From NCBI GenBank assembly GCA_964347045.1, contig CAYFXC010000007.1, forward strand, positions 10,549 through 74,548: a DNA stretch of 64,000 nucleotides, read 5' to 3'. The notes under the pieces were generated by a model that did no database searches, was not told where the DNA came from, and saw only the letters and a list, made by a program, of their open reading frames with translations. This document shows positions 49,129 to 60,030 of the stretch, piece after piece. This stretch comes from an uncultured archaeon (GTDB lineage Archaea > Asgardarchaeota > Hermodarchaeia > Hermodarchaeales > Hermodarchaeaceae). The first letter of the stretch is position 1. Each line of letters starts with the position of its first letter. The position numbers were made by a program, and so were the translations under genes.

Positions 49129-49683
49129 TTGAGCAAAGAGAAAAGTTGGAAACGGGAAATCATTGAAGACGCGATTATAATCGGGCTTGTATTAGTAATC
49201 GTTTGGGGAACGGGCATCGGGCTGCAGAGTTATCTTCAAACACCATCCCCGTTACTAGCTGTTGAATCGGCGTCTATGGAACCCACACTTTATCGTGGCG
49301 ATCTTGTAATTGTCCGAGCAGTAGATCCAACCACATTACAAGTAGGAGATATCGTAATTTATAATGCTTCATCATTACTTGGTAATATTCGTGCTGTACC
49401 TATTGTTCATCGCATTGTAAATATCTATTACGAATCAGGTGAACTCCGATTTACGACTAAAGGAGACAATAACCCATCTAACGATCCTTTATTTCGGACT
49501 GCGGACGATATCATTGCCAAGGTGATTGGTAGCATACGGTATCTGGGATTTATCACGCTTCTGTTGATATCACCCTATGGACTAACATCGATTATTGCAT
49601 TGATAGTGATTTTCGTTGTTACAACATTGCTTTTTGATAACCTTGTTCCACGAAAACCTGATGAAGAACTCGAAAATCCATAG
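49129..49683 (+). CDS. Signal peptidase I (Sec11 type)
   Basis: VESASMEPTLYRGDL, VGDIVIY, PIVHRI, TKGDNN..D. Confidence 0.95.
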   Translation: MSKEKSWKREIIEDAIIIGLVLVIVWGTGIGLQSYLQTPSPLLAVESASMEPTLYRGDLVIVRAVDPTTLQVGDIVIYNASSLLGNIRAVPIVHRIVNIYYESGELRFTTKGDNNPSNDPLFRTADDIIAKVIGSIRYLGFITLLLISPYGLTSIIALIVIFVVTTLLFDNLVPRKPDEELENP

Positions 49684-49809
49684 CAGAAAGAGCAAGGATA
49701 GGCAGATACTTTTTAACCATATATTAGAAAGTCTATGATGTTCAAACTTCTGCTCCAAGGCGATTCCTGGGAGAAGTGACACAGAACGAGAATTAAGTAG
49801 GCGATTTAA

Positions 49810-51411
49810 ATGACTGAAGCAGTGACTTTTGAATCAATCTCACCAGCTGATTTCTTCTACCGAAACCGGTCAATCGCCGGTTTTGATAACAATATGAGAG
49901 CATTATACACAGCTGTTCGTGAACTTGTGGAAAATTCCCTTGATGCTTGTGAAGATGGTGGATTCCTTCCAACAATTGATGTAAAGTTAAAAGAGGTCTC
50001 ACCTAGCTGGTTTAAACTTCGTGTCCAGGATAACGGTATTGGTGTCCCCCGTGATCATATTCTCCCTGCTTTTGGACAAATTCTATATGGTTCGAAATAT
50101 GAACACAAGCAAGCGCGTGGCCGCTTTGGCCTTGGTGGAAAGATGGCATTTCTTTTTGGGCAAATCACGACCAGCGAACCATTGCATGTCACATCCGCCC
50201 CCGTTGGTGGTGATCATGTCTTTGAGGTGACTTTACGACAGGACATTGAAGAAAACAAACCAGAACTAATGAAATGGGAACGCCGGAAAAATCGAAATGA
50301 CGAGCGTGGGTGTACACTAGAGTTCACCTTGGAGGGTAACTGGCGAACTGCAAAGCGTTTTATCCTCGACTATATCGAACAAACCGCCCTAATTACACCC
50401 TATGCTAATCTCTCGTTTACGGAGCCTGATGGAACCGCCCATAAATACAAACGTTCAGTGAAGAAGCTGCCTCCCCCACCTCAATCAGTTAATCCCCACC
50501 CAAAGGGGATGGATATAGAACAGCTTTCCCGAGTGGTCGAGAATACAAGAACCACTGATATGGTGACATTTCTGCGTACTCATTTTCATCGTGTTGGACC
50601 TAAAACCGCTAAAGCCTTCTTAAAAACCATTAATATGCCCTATTCCCAAGATCCCAGAGGGCTCAAACCCAATGATTTGGTTAAAATCGCTCGTGGTTTT
50701 GAAGAGTTTAGTAAATGGTTACCCCCCGATGCTCGAGTTCTTTCACCCCTAGGAATAAAACTCTTAGAAATGGGGATCCGTTCAACACTAAACCCAGAAT
50801 TTGTCCAAGTGACTCAACGCCCGCCAAATAGCTATGGAGGTCATCCCTTCATTGTTGAATGTGGACTAGCTTATGGCGGTGGTGTTCCGTTGAAAGAATC
50901 GATAATCATCTATCGGTTTGCCAATCGAATTCCATTGATTTTTGATGAGTACAAAGATGTTGCGGCTAAGGTGATTCGGGCAATTCCCTGGTCCCGATAC
51001 CGAATTCGTCCTGGTATGCCCATTGCGGCTTTTGTTGCAGTAGTAAGCACTAAAATTCCTTTCAAGACCGCAGGTAAGGAATTCATTGCAGATCTCACTG
51101 AATTAGAGCACGATATCCGTATGGGATTGATGGAATGTGCACGGAGTCTTAAAGGCCATTTACGCCAGAAAGAAAAAGTACAACGAGAACGAGTTCGCGC
51201 CAGTGTTTATGAAAAATACCTTCCAATTATTGCGCGGGATATTGCAGCATTAGCTGGAAAACGTAAGGTCCCGGATACAAAACCTCTTGTTCAAAGTGCG
51301 TTGACGATAGAACTTGAAGGAGAAGAAGAACTAGAAGAGCTACCCCCCGCCGAAGAGGGACTTTTGGAAGAATCTCCACCAGAAGTTGAGAACCCTGAGG
51401 AGGAGGAATGA
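49810..51411 (+). CDS. top6B: DNA topoisomerase VI subunit B
   Basis: ISPADFFYRN, ELVENSLDA, DNGIG, GSKY..QARG.FGLG, HPKG, RFANRIPL. Confidence 0.97.
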   Translation: MTEAVTFESISPADFFYRNRSIAGFDNNMRALYTAVRELVENSLDACEDGGFLPTIDVKLKEVSPSWFKLRVQDNGIGVPRDHILPAFGQILYGSKYEHKQARGRFGLGGKMAFLFGQITTSEPLHVTSAPVGGDHVFEVTLRQDIEENKPELMKWERRKNRNDERGCTLEFTLEGNWRTAKRFILDYIEQTALITPYANLSFTEPDGTAHKYKRSVKKLPPPPQSVNPHPKGMDIEQLSRVVENTRTTDMVTFLRTHFHRVGPKTAKAFLKTINMPYSQDPRGLKPNDLVKIARGFEEFSKWLPPDARVLSPLGIKLLEMGIRSTLNPEFVQVTQRPPNSYGGHPFIVECGLAYGGGVPLKESIIIYRFANRIPLIFDEYKDVAAKVIRAIPWSRYRIRPGMPIAAFVAVVSTKIPFKTAGKEFIADLTELEHDIRMGLMECARSLKGHLRQKEKVQRERVRASVYEKYLPIIARDIAALAGKRKVPDTKPLVQSALTIELEGEEELEELPPAEEGLLEESPPEVENPEEEE

Positions 51412-52760
51412 ACGCGGAGAGGAAGAAAATGGCAGAAACTACACCTGATCAAATCATCAGACAACTTACGCGCCGATGGAAGCCCACAAAGCGCCTTACC
51501 AAGCTATTAAGAATTGACTCTAATCGCCTTCGTCGAGTCCTGAAGAAAATGGAAGAAGAGGGATTAATTGAAGCCCGAAAACGGGGAGGCCAGCTTGAGT
51601 GGCGATTAGTGAAAGGAGAAGCAAAACGAATACGCCAAATCAAAAAAGAGCCAAAAGCATTCAAAGAAGAACAAAAAAATTCTGAGCAAATTCGTTCGGA
51701 GATGAAAGGGGTTGGACAATCACTATATCGAACTCTATCAAAAGGCGAATTTCCAGAAATTGAACTACCAAGTCGAAGTACGGGAAACATCCGTTTTGAC
51801 CAAGAACTGGGTCAATACGTTCTAGCAGGAAAGACAGTCACACGATCGACAAAAAATGTCGGTCAAATCCGTAGTTTTAGTCAATTTATTTGGGTTATGC
51901 GATTTCTGAAAGAGCTTCTGACTGAAGGAAAATCAAGCACTTTACGAGATATTTATTATCAATCCTTTGGGTACGGCGTGAAATTCGGTCAACAAAGTGA
52001 AAGCGATACAACAATCACTGATGTTGAAGCCAAACTTAAAACCCCTCGTGAATCATTTCGAGTTTTCCCAGAAGAACGGGCCGCCATCTATGGCGATCTT
52101 ACCATCGAGTATACGTCCCCACAAAAATATGCAGGTAAGCAGGTGAATTGCACTGATCACCCCGATGGCCTTATGATTGGTCCTTATTTGACATCCGCAA
52201 AATTCATCAAATGTAAAGCCAAGAAAGTAATCGCCATCGAATCCGGCGGCATGTTTACGCGTTTCGTAGAGGATGGAGTCCATGAAACACACGATGCGCT
52301 GCTCATTCATACTGCAGGTCAGGCACCCAGGAGCGTTCGGCGCACAATACGAAGGCTCCGATATGAGTTGAATTTACCAACGTATCTTTTCGTGGATGCA
52401 GATCCATGGGGAGCTCATATCGCCATGGTTATCATATCCGGAAGCGCTTCTGCGGCACATTTACGAGGCCTTGCTACACCTGATGCAATTTGGATGGGCG
52501 TTTGGGCCTCGGATATTCAGAAATACAATCTCCCCAGTGACGCTTTTACAGACACCGACAAAAAACGAACACAAGATTTATTGAAAGATCCGCGCTATCA
52601 AACCAAATTCTGGCAACAAGAATTGAAGATGTTCTTAAAGAATCAAAGAAAAGCTGAACAACAAGCTTTCAGTCGCTATGGCTTGAGTTTCGTCACTGAA
52701 GAGTATTTGCCAAATAAGTTTAAAGAAATTGATAAGCTTCAACGTCAAGGCATTCTCTAA
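51408..52760 (+). CDS. top6A: DNA topoisomerase VI subunit A with extra N-terminal winged helix
   Basis: STLRDIYY (catalytic Tyr), QQSESD, AIESGGMF, DADPWG, KAEQQA. Confidence 0.96.
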   Translation: MNAERKKMAETTPDQIIRQLTRRWKPTKRLTKLLRIDSNRLRRVLKKMEEEGLIEARKRGGQLEWRLVKGEAKRIRQIKKEPKAFKEEQKNSEQIRSEMKGVGQSLYRTLSKGEFPEIELPSRSTGNIRFDQELGQYVLAGKTVTRSTKNVGQIRSFSQFIWVMRFLKELLTEGKSSTLRDIYYQSFGYGVKFGQQSESDTTITDVEAKLKTPRESFRVFPEERAAIYGDLTIEYTSPQKYAGKQVNCTDHPDGLMIGPYLTSAKFIKCKAKKVIAIESGGMFTRFVEDGVHETHDALLIHTAGQAPRSVRRTIRRLRYELNLPTYLFVDADPWGAHIAMVIISGSASAAHLRGLATPDAIWMGVWASDIQKYNLPSDAFTDTDKKRTQDLLKDPRYQTKFWQQELKMFLKNQRKAEQQAFSRYGLSFVTEEYLPNKFKEIDKLQRQGIL

Positions 52761-52848
52761 TTTTTTTCATTCCAAAGAAATTAGGGTTGTCAAGCCAGAA
52801 TTCTTTTGTAGTGTGAAGATGCCATTCTAATGTCTAAAATCTTCTGAT

Positions 52849-54111
52849 GTGACAAAGATGGCAGATGTTAATTTCCTATATGGTTCGGAGCAAATTCGCC
52901 TAAAAATTCCCGATAGGAATTATCTAGGTTTGTTAGATGCTAAACCTGTTGAAGGAGTAACTGACCCAAATAAAACCGTAACAAAGGCTATTTTGAATCC
53001 AATTGGCTCCCCACAGCTAAGTGAAATCGCTCAACCAGGACAGTCTGCGGCAATTGTGGTTGATGATCACACTCGAGGACTACCTTGTCATTTTATGATT
53101 AATCCCCTCATCGAACAACTACAAGGCGCGGGTGTCAAGGAGAAAGATGTTACCATTATTTTTGGGACAGGAACACACAGAGCAACGACTCTCGAAGAAC
53201 AACAAAACCTCTTATGTGATGTAGCGTGTAATGAGCACCAGATTTCAGTTCACAGTTGCGATGCAAAAAACTTGGTTAATGTTGGTACGACATCTTATGG
53301 TACCAAAGTGGAAATTAATCGAATATTCCATGAAATGGATCTTCATATACTCACAGGAGATATTGGCTACCACTATTATGCTGGATTTGGTGGAGGACGG
53401 AAAAGCGTGCTCCCAGCAATAAGTGGACGCGCAACCATTAATAAAAATCACGGGATGTTGACACATCCAAAAGCGTCCACAGGTAATCTAGAAGAAAACC
53501 CCATCCACCTTGATATGACCGAAGCTGCCAAGCTAGCCCGTACCGATTTTATAGTGAATATTGTACGAAACACAAAAAAAGAAATTGTAGCGGCATATGC
53601 AGGAGATCTTGAACAGGCTTTTCTAAAAGGCACTGAATTTGCAGATTCAATGGGCCGGTTGAAAATCAAAGAAAAGGCTGACATAGTGATAACCAGTTCT
53701 GGATACCCAAAGGATATCAACTTGTATCAAGGAACTAAAGCTATGGTACATGCCCTAGGCGCTGTACGAGATGGAGGAGTGTTAATTGCCCTTCTAGAAT
53801 GCCGCGAAGGGATAGGAAATCAAGTCTTTGAAGAGTGGGCACATAAATATCCGTCTTATGAGGAGCTAAGTCATCAGATACAGACCAATTTCATCATGGG
53901 AGGTCACAAAATTTTCTACATGGCTCAAGGTGCGAAACGAGTCCATCAGTATTTAATCTCAGATCTTGATCCTAAAGAACTAGAACAATATTATTATGTA
54001 ACGCCATTCAAATCCGTCAAGAATGCATTAGACGCAGCTTTTGAACAAGTAGGACGAGATTCCACCATATGGGCTATGCCTCATGGAACTGATGTTCTTC
54101 CATCAGTTTAA
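52849..54111 (+). CDS. larA: Nickel-pincer-dependent lactate racemase family (LarA)
   Basis: DDHTR, GTGTHR, HYYAGFGGGRKS.LP, NH, YPKDINLYQ..K, GGHK; substrate not determinable. Confidence 0.88.
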   Translation: MTKMADVNFLYGSEQIRLKIPDRNYLGLLDAKPVEGVTDPNKTVTKAILNPIGSPQLSEIAQPGQSAAIVVDDHTRGLPCHFMINPLIEQLQGAGVKEKDVTIIFGTGTHRATTLEEQQNLLCDVACNEHQISVHSCDAKNLVNVGTTSYGTKVEINRIFHEMDLHILTGDIGYHYYAGFGGGRKSVLPAISGRATINKNHGMLTHPKASTGNLEENPIHLDMTEAAKLARTDFIVNIVRNTKKEIVAAYAGDLEQAFLKGTEFADSMGRLKIKEKADIVITSSGYPKDINLYQGTKAMVHALGAVRDGGVLIALLECREGIGNQVFEEWAHKYPSYEELSHQIQTNFIMGGHKIFYMAQGAKRVHQYLISDLDPKELEQYYYVTPFKSVKNALDAAFEQVGRDSTIWAMPHGTDVLPSV

Positions 54112-54146
54112 TTCAACTGCATTAATAATAGTAGAGCAAGGTCGAC

Positions 54147-55373
54147 TCAGGGAAAGGGTACTAAGAATCCTGAGGTCAGCGGTGGGAGAAGTAAAATTAC
54201 CATCACAAATGAAATAGCTCCAATAATCATTCTCCAAGCACTTACAGGCGAGACATCGTCAACCGGTCCTGGGTGTCGTCCCGCAAAGAGAAAGAATGCA
54301 ATTAATGCCATAAACCAATAGCCAAAGATAAACAGAATAAAAATTCCGATAAAAGAAACCAATCGGTGATATCTTCCTCCGACTAGTGCACGTGAGACAT
54401 GTCCTCCATCAAGTTGACCGATTGGAAAGTAATTGAGAGCAGTGATAAGAAATCCTACCCATCCGGCAAATGCAACGGGATGAACATAAGCAGTATACCC
54501 TGGAGGAATACCAAAGGTAATCAGAAGCCAAATCAGGTCGAAGAGAATTGGTGTAGGAAGGGGGCTGGGAGGTAATCCAAGTGATTGTACGAAGACCATT
54601 AATTGAGAAAATTCAGTGGGACTGAGAATTGGGCTCATCGACAAGCCAACTACCACAACGATTATAGAGACGCCGAATCCAACAAGAGGTCCACTAATTC
54701 CAAGATCAAAAAGACTATCTCGTGTAGGTGGAGGGGACCGTTGGACAATAAGTGCTCCAAAGGTTCCATAATAGAAGCCTGGAATGAAATAGGGCATCGA
54801 AGCTTCGACTTGATGATATCGGCTTGCTCCAACATGTCCGAATTCATGAAGCCCAATAATGGCAAGGAGTGCAATAGTATACGTGATCATGACAATGTAA
54901 GGATTATACGGAATCCTGAAAATTTCAACATGAATGTAAACAAAGGCTACATCGGTTGCAAAGAACCAGCCGGCTAAGAGAACAGTAAATACAGTGGCAA
55001 CAAAAAGAATGATGTTCATTGTGTAACTGCTAGCCCGTCGAGGAGGAGGTGCCGGGACTAGTTTGATAACTGTGCTCTTTTCCCCAGTTCCTTCAAAGAG
55101 TTCAACCTGTCGGATTACAGCAAATAAATTATGTGGTTGTAGTCGTTCAGTGAGGCGAGCAGACCGCTCTTTCATTTTCGAATCCACTTCGACGACAAAA
55201 ATTGGTAAATTATCTTGAGCGTCAATGTATGCATAGCTAACAACGAATTCTTCTTTGACGATGTCTCGTAGCTTAAGAAGGTAGGTATCCGGAATGAAAG
55301 AATCTCCACCCGAGAAAGAAGAATCATATTCCGTCTTGGACTCATCGGGTGTTGAAGTTTCTTCATTAGACAA
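54147..55373 (-). CDS. Site-2 protease (M50)
   Basis: HEFGH, PYFIP, GTFGA, SGPLVG, N.FPIGQLDGGH. Confidence 0.95.
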   Translation of the reverse strand: MSNEETSTPDESKTEYDSSFSGGDSFIPDTYLLKLRDIVKEEFVVSYAYIDAQDNLPIFVVEVDSKMKERSARLTERLQPHNLFAVIRQVELFEGTGEKSTVIKLVPAPPPRRASSYTMNIILFVATVFTVLLAGWFFATDVAFVYIHVEIFRIPYNPYIVMITYTIALLAIIGLHEFGHVGASRYHQVEASMPYFIPGFYYGTFGALIVQRSPPPTRDSLFDLGISGPLVGFGVSIIVVVVGLSMSPILSPTEFSQLMVFVQSLGLPPSPLPTPILFDLIWLLITFGIPPGYTAYVHPVAFAGWVGFLITALNYFPIGQLDGGHVSRALVGGRYHRLVSFIGIFILFIFGYWFMALIAFFLFAGRHPGPVDDVSPVSAWRMIIGAISFVMVILLLPPLTSGFLVPFP

Positions 55374-55489
55374 AGAATATCACCGTAAAACTCTATGCAC
55401 GCCAGAGAGACAACACTCAAAAAGCTTTCCAAATAGTCAGTCGATGAATTTTTAATACCTAATTGTTAGCACTCTAATAGCTGATTTAA

Positions 55490-55975
55490 TTGACCGAACT
55501 ACAAGGCTTCGTTGTACGAAAGGCTGAACCAAAGGACATCCCTACAATTATGCAAATCAATCTTGATACCCTGCCAGAAAACTACCCTGAATATTTCTTT
55601 CGTCAAATTCTAGAAAGATATCCCGAAGCATATTATGTTGCAGAAACTGAAGGCAAAGTTATTGGGTATATAATGTGTCGCATGGAAGGGGGCATCTCGA
55701 ATTTTGGATTACGTTGGGTTCGTCGAGGTCATATTGTAAGTGTCGCGGTTCTGCAGGAATATCGACGACAAAAAATCGCATCGAAACTAATCAAACAATC
55801 TATGAAAGCCTTAGAGACCGTTTATGCAGCAAAAGAAATCATTCTTGAAGTCCGAATCAATAACCATGCTGCAATTCAGCTCTATGATAAACTCGACTTT
55901 AAACGAATCCGAACTTTACGAACCTACTACCGCAATGGTGAAGATGCCCAACTAATGGCAATTAAATTAAAGTAA
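55490..55975 (+). CDS. N-alpha-acetyltransferase (Ard1/RimI-like GNAT)
   Basis: LPENY, GYIMCRME, GHIVSVAV..YRR..IA, LEVR..N..AI.LY, YY.NGEDA. Confidence 0.92.
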   Translation: MTELQGFVVRKAEPKDIPTIMQINLDTLPENYPEYFFRQILERYPEAYYVAETEGKVIGYIMCRMEGGISNFGLRWVRRGHIVSVAVLQEYRRQKIASKLIKQSMKALETVYAAKEIILEVRINNHAAIQLYDKLDFKRIRTLRTYYRNGEDAQLMAIKLK

Positions 55976-56060
55976 CACCGGATTTATGAAGAACGAAAAT
56001 TTGATGAAATACCCTAATGGTTTCCCAAAACTACTATAATTCTCAAAGGAGAGTCATCCC

Positions 56061-57584
56061 TTGAAGTTAAAAGCCCAAATTCTTGATGTTGACACAGGTG
56101 GTGTTCACAAAATCTTACTCAACCCTGTTGAGATCACCCATTTAGCAATGTTCGCAGGTGAACGCGTCCTTCTCAAATATCGTAAGGAAGAAACAGTTGC
56201 CATTGCAGAATCCACCTCTCTAGTTGAACAAGGAAAGGTGGGGATTCTAAATCAGGTACAACGCGAATTGAATGTAAAAGAAGGCGCCTTTGTAGAAGTT
56301 TCTAGCGATGTTAAACCGACATCGATCAGAGCAATTCGAAAAAAAATGGATGGGTTAACTTTGACAGGCGAAGAAATCGAAGCCATAGTGGAAGACCTAG
56401 TAACTGGTCGTTTATCAGACATAGATATCGCCGCTTTTTTGGTCTCTGAACAAATCCGAGGATTATCATTAGAAGAAACCGTCCACTTAACCCGAGCTAT
56501 GGCTGAAGAGGGAGAGCGTCTAGATTTTGGTACAAATGTGTTTGACAAACATAGCATTGGTGGAGTACCAGGAAATAAGGTCTCATTAATCATCGTACCC
56601 ATCGTAGCAGCGGCCGGACTCTTAATTCCCAAAACTAGTAGTCGAGCCATCACAAGCCCCAGTGGGACTGCTGATACCATGGAAGTTCTTGCAGATGTTG
56701 AATTCAGTGTAGAAGAATTACAACAAATCGTAAAGGATGCAAAAGCATCCATTGTTTGGGGAGGCGCATTGAATCTCGCACCTGCAGACGATCTCTTTAT
56801 TCAAATTGAACATCCTCTTCAAATCGATCCTCAGCCTCAAATGATTGCCTCAATTATGTCGAAAAAACTCTCAACAGGAATTCGATACATGGTTTTAGAT
56901 ATACCTACAGGCGAAGGCTGTAAAGTCACCACTATGGAAGAAGCTAGAAGACTTAGCCATGATTTCATTACTGTTGGTAATGAGCTAGGTATTTCTGTTC
57001 ATTGTGCTGTGACATATGGCAGCCAACCGGTAGGTCACGCAATTGGTCCAGCACTCGAAGCCAAAGAAGCATTAGAAACGCTCATGGGAGGAGGCCCAAC
57101 AAGTCTTATCGAAAAATCAACGGGATTAGCGGGAATATTACTGGAAATGGGTGGTTTAGCTGTTCGTGGTGCAGGACGAAAACTAGCTAAAGAGATACTG
57201 GCTTCAGGAAAAGCTTTAGAGAAAATGCGAGAAATTATCAAAGCGCAAAATGGCAAACCCGAGATCACCCCTAAACAGATACCTATTGGAACTTACACCT
57301 ATGATTTGACTGCGCCCTCTGATGGATACGTGGCCACTTTAAATAACCGCGCCTTGGTTCGAATCGCCAGAGCAGCAGGAACACCAAAGGTTCATGGGGC
57401 CGGTCTTTATTTACACGCAAAGATTGGCTCCCGAGTAAAGGAGGGAGATCCAGTTCTAACCATTTATGCGGAAACCGAAGGAAAACTTGATGACGCCATT
57501 GATGTTGCCAAAAGCTTAATGCCTTTCACAGTAGAAGGAATGCTCCTTCACACATTGACCGATACAGAAGAATTCAAGCAATGA
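56061..57584 (+). CDS. AMP phosphorylase
   Basis: N-terminal double-psi-barrel extension, DKHSIGGVPGNK, IPKTSSRAITSPSGTADTMEVL, IGPALEA. Confidence 0.95.
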   Translation: MKLKAQILDVDTGGVHKILLNPVEITHLAMFAGERVLLKYRKEETVAIAESTSLVEQGKVGILNQVQRELNVKEGAFVEVSSDVKPTSIRAIRKKMDGLTLTGEEIEAIVEDLVTGRLSDIDIAAFLVSEQIRGLSLEETVHLTRAMAEEGERLDFGTNVFDKHSIGGVPGNKVSLIIVPIVAAAGLLIPKTSSRAITSPSGTADTMEVLADVEFSVEELQQIVKDAKASIVWGGALNLAPADDLFIQIEHPLQIDPQPQMIASIMSKKLSTGIRYMVLDIPTGEGCKVTTMEEARRLSHDFITVGNELGISVHCAVTYGSQPVGHAIGPALEAKEALETLMGGGPTSLIEKSTGLAGILLEMGGLAVRGAGRKLAKEILASGKALEKMREIIKAQNGKPEITPKQIPIGTYTYDLTAPSDGYVATLNNRALVRIARAAGTPKVHGAGLYLHAKIGSRVKEGDPVLTIYAETEGKLDDAIDVAKSLMPFTVEGMLLHTLTDTEEFKQ

Positions 57585-57594
57585 GCTGGTTCAG

Positions 57595-58773
57595 TTGACT
57601 GACACCCACGTCTATGAAAGGGGCCGCATATTAACAAGTGAACCTGTAGTACACAAAGGCTTTCATATTTTCCGGCGAGAAGCGATTGTAGCTGTTGCCC
57701 TCTTCGTGTTTTTCCTTCTATCACTCTTCGTATTTCAAAATCCTTTGATATTAGTAATTGGAACAATGGCATTTGCTCTTTGGTTAACTTTCCGAGCTTC
57801 ACATGTTGCAATTGATGGATTAGAATCATTAGGAGCTTTAGCCGGATTAAGCGCTTATTTCATCGGTGTCCTTTCATCACTTGCATCCAATACTCCTGAA
57901 GCCGTTGTAAGCGCCCTAACCGCATGGCGTGGTTATGCAACGGGTAATCTTGAGCTAGTCGAAATCGCTGTTTTGAGCGTAGTTTTGGCAGCAGGGTTCA
58001 ACATATTACTCCTTGGCATTGTTGTGTTTCTTTCAACTCGAAAAACGGGAGTTGTTAAAGTTCCTCGTCAAGTTGTTGAAGATGATACTGATTTAATGCG
58101 ATGGACAATTGTCGTAATGACGCTTCTTTTTGCATTTGGAGTTTTACATTATATTAACCAACTCATTCACGGAGTCATTCCTGAGCTCACTTTTCTTCCC
58201 CCCGTCTTGGGATTTCTAATGGTACTCTCGTATGTTTTATACGCGATTTATGCTGTCAGGAAGCCATCAGCGAAAGATAAACCTGTTCCTACACCACGGC
58301 ATTCAAAGCGAACTTCCGCATTATTATCCCTCATAGGTTTTGTGGGCATCTTTATTGCTGGATACCTTTTAGCAGAAGCAGTAGAGCTCACATTTGAATT
58401 CGTGCCTTGGACCGGAATTGGAATTACTGAAACCCAACGCATTTCCGTTATGGCACTAATTATTGGAGCCGCAGGAGCCCTTCCTGAACATGGCATCGCT
58501 GTTATTGCGGCCAACAAGGGCAAAGCCGACATTGCTATTGGCAACACTTTAGGCGGTACAACACAGGTATTGTTACTCATCGTGGGTAGCGTAGCTATGT
58601 TTCTTCCTCTTCCTCTCGATTCAGCCGTGCTTCTACAGCTCGCTACGGCAGCTGGTTCATTATGGTTTCTGAAACGTGCTCTAACAGATGATCAGAAGGT
58701 AGACATATTCGAAGGGGCAATGATAATACTGATGCAGGTGTTTGTTTTCATCCTCGTCTTAACGCCCATTTGA
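57595..58773 (+). CDS. Cation/Ca2+ (Na+/Ca2+ or Ca2+/H+) exchanger family
   Basis: Alpha repeats SLASNTPE and AAGALPE..GNTLG; about 10 TM. Confidence 0.85.
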   Translation: MTDTHVYERGRILTSEPVVHKGFHIFRREAIVAVALFVFFLLSLFVFQNPLILVIGTMAFALWLTFRASHVAIDGLESLGALAGLSAYFIGVLSSLASNTPEAVVSALTAWRGYATGNLELVEIAVLSVVLAAGFNILLLGIVVFLSTRKTGVVKVPRQVVEDDTDLMRWTIVVMTLLFAFGVLHYINQLIHGVIPELTFLPPVLGFLMVLSYVLYAIYAVRKPSAKDKPVPTPRHSKRTSALLSLIGFVGIFIAGYLLAEAVELTFEFVPWTGIGITETQRISVMALIIGAAGALPEHGIAVIAANKGKADIAIGNTLGGTTQVLLLIVGSVAMFLPLPLDSAVLLQLATAAGSLWFLKRALTDDQKVDIFEGAMIILMQVFVFILVLTPI

Positions 58774-58830
58774 GATAACCGCAGATTTGTTTCCCCACTC
58801 CATAAACTCAACAAACTCTTTTAGGTAACC

Positions 58831-59592
58831 ATGAAAAAGTCAGATATCAGTTTTGAGCTAAAATCTGGTGGGAATGCAGTGTCATTTGAAAGTATAGAAG
58901 GACAAATGATGCAAATGCCAGCCACTATTCTAAATCAACTAGGATTAGTAGCACCATCAGTGCTAGCTCCAGGCATCAACTTATCCACCACTACACCAAC
59001 AGAACGTGTAGTGTTAGTTAATCTTGATAACTTTGGGTTACTTGAGGTTGCCTTGCATAAACCCCAATTTTTACTCAAAGAAGCTCGTGTCATTTTAACT
59101 TTGAATACAAAAGATGGATTAGCCTCTAACGTAATCAATGAGCTCATTCACGGGAACCAAGCAGATGGTTTCAATCTATTTTCCTTTCTCACGCATCAAG
59201 GCAAATCCGCGGTTCTTGTCGATCGTGAAACACAAAGAGAAAATGCTGGTCAAGCTACATTTCATTCAGCAGACACTGATATGCGAACCTACATTGAAAC
59301 AGCAAAACTCTTGAATCGTTCTGATTTTCTTTACATTCACTTCCTCGATTTCGATACCCTTTACAAAGAACATACTAGCCGTCCACCATTGGAACTGGCC
59401 CAAAAACTACTTCACAGGACGGATCGGTGGTTACTCGGATTCTATAAACAGGCTCGGGCCAATACACTTTTTCTTATCCTCGGGAATCAGGGACAGCGAG
59501 ATTATGGTTTAAAGTACGAGGACAAATATCAAAACTGGGCAACTGCAAATGTTCCCATTTGCCTCGTTATATACAAACCAACCGGAGAATAA
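58831..59592 (+). CDS. Alkaline-phosphatase-superfamily fold, apparently catalytically degenerate
   Basis: RVVLVNLDNFG, FLYIHFLDFD, LILGNQG where DHG is expected, NVPI. Confidence 0.6.
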   Translation: MKKSDISFELKSGGNAVSFESIEGQMMQMPATILNQLGLVAPSVLAPGINLSTTTPTERVVLVNLDNFGLLEVALHKPQFLLKEARVILTLNTKDGLASNVINELIHGNQADGFNLFSFLTHQGKSAVLVDRETQRENAGQATFHSADTDMRTYIETAKLLNRSDFLYIHFLDFDTLYKEHTSRPPLELAQKLLHRTDRWLLGFYKQARANTLFLILGNQGQRDYGLKYEDKYQNWATANVPICLVIYKPTGE

Positions 59593-59599
59593 GAAAAAA

Positions 59600-59965
59600 A
59601 TGAAAGTATCAACTGAAACTGAAAATGAGATAGCAGAAGAACCCCCACGAGAACCAATAGACTCAATTGCGACTGTTCTTTTTCTTGTGTTTGGTGGGGC
59701 TCTAGGATATTTGCTAATTGGATATAGCTATGGGTTGTACCCCTTTGTTGTTGTTGGACCTATTCAGTCACTGCTACCGACATGGGATGCAGTAATTACA
59801 TTTGTTGCCCTTCTCATCATCATGTTCGCTGGCCTAATAGGCGGATTAATCAGAATGCGATATTCAATTTATCTAGTCGGTGTTGTGACCCTCATTGCTA
59901 TTTTCGTAATTTTGCTTTATGCGTTGTTAGCTGTCAGTCAACTAGTTGGTCCTTTACCACCTTAA
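59600..59965 (+). CDS. Small three-TM membrane protein
   Basis: Acidic N-terminus then three hydrophobic helices; start moved to ATG 59600. Confidence 0.7.
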   Translation: MKVSTETENEIAEEPPREPIDSIATVLFLVFGGALGYLLIGYSYGLYPFVVVGPIQSLLPTWDAVITFVALLIIMFAGLIGGLIRMRYSIYLVGVVTLIAIFVILLYALLAVSQLVGPLPP

Positions 59966-60030
59966 TTGACTCAGGATAAGTCTATAAGCCAAGTAATCCA
60001 TTCGAATCATATTATCGGAGATACAAGATT

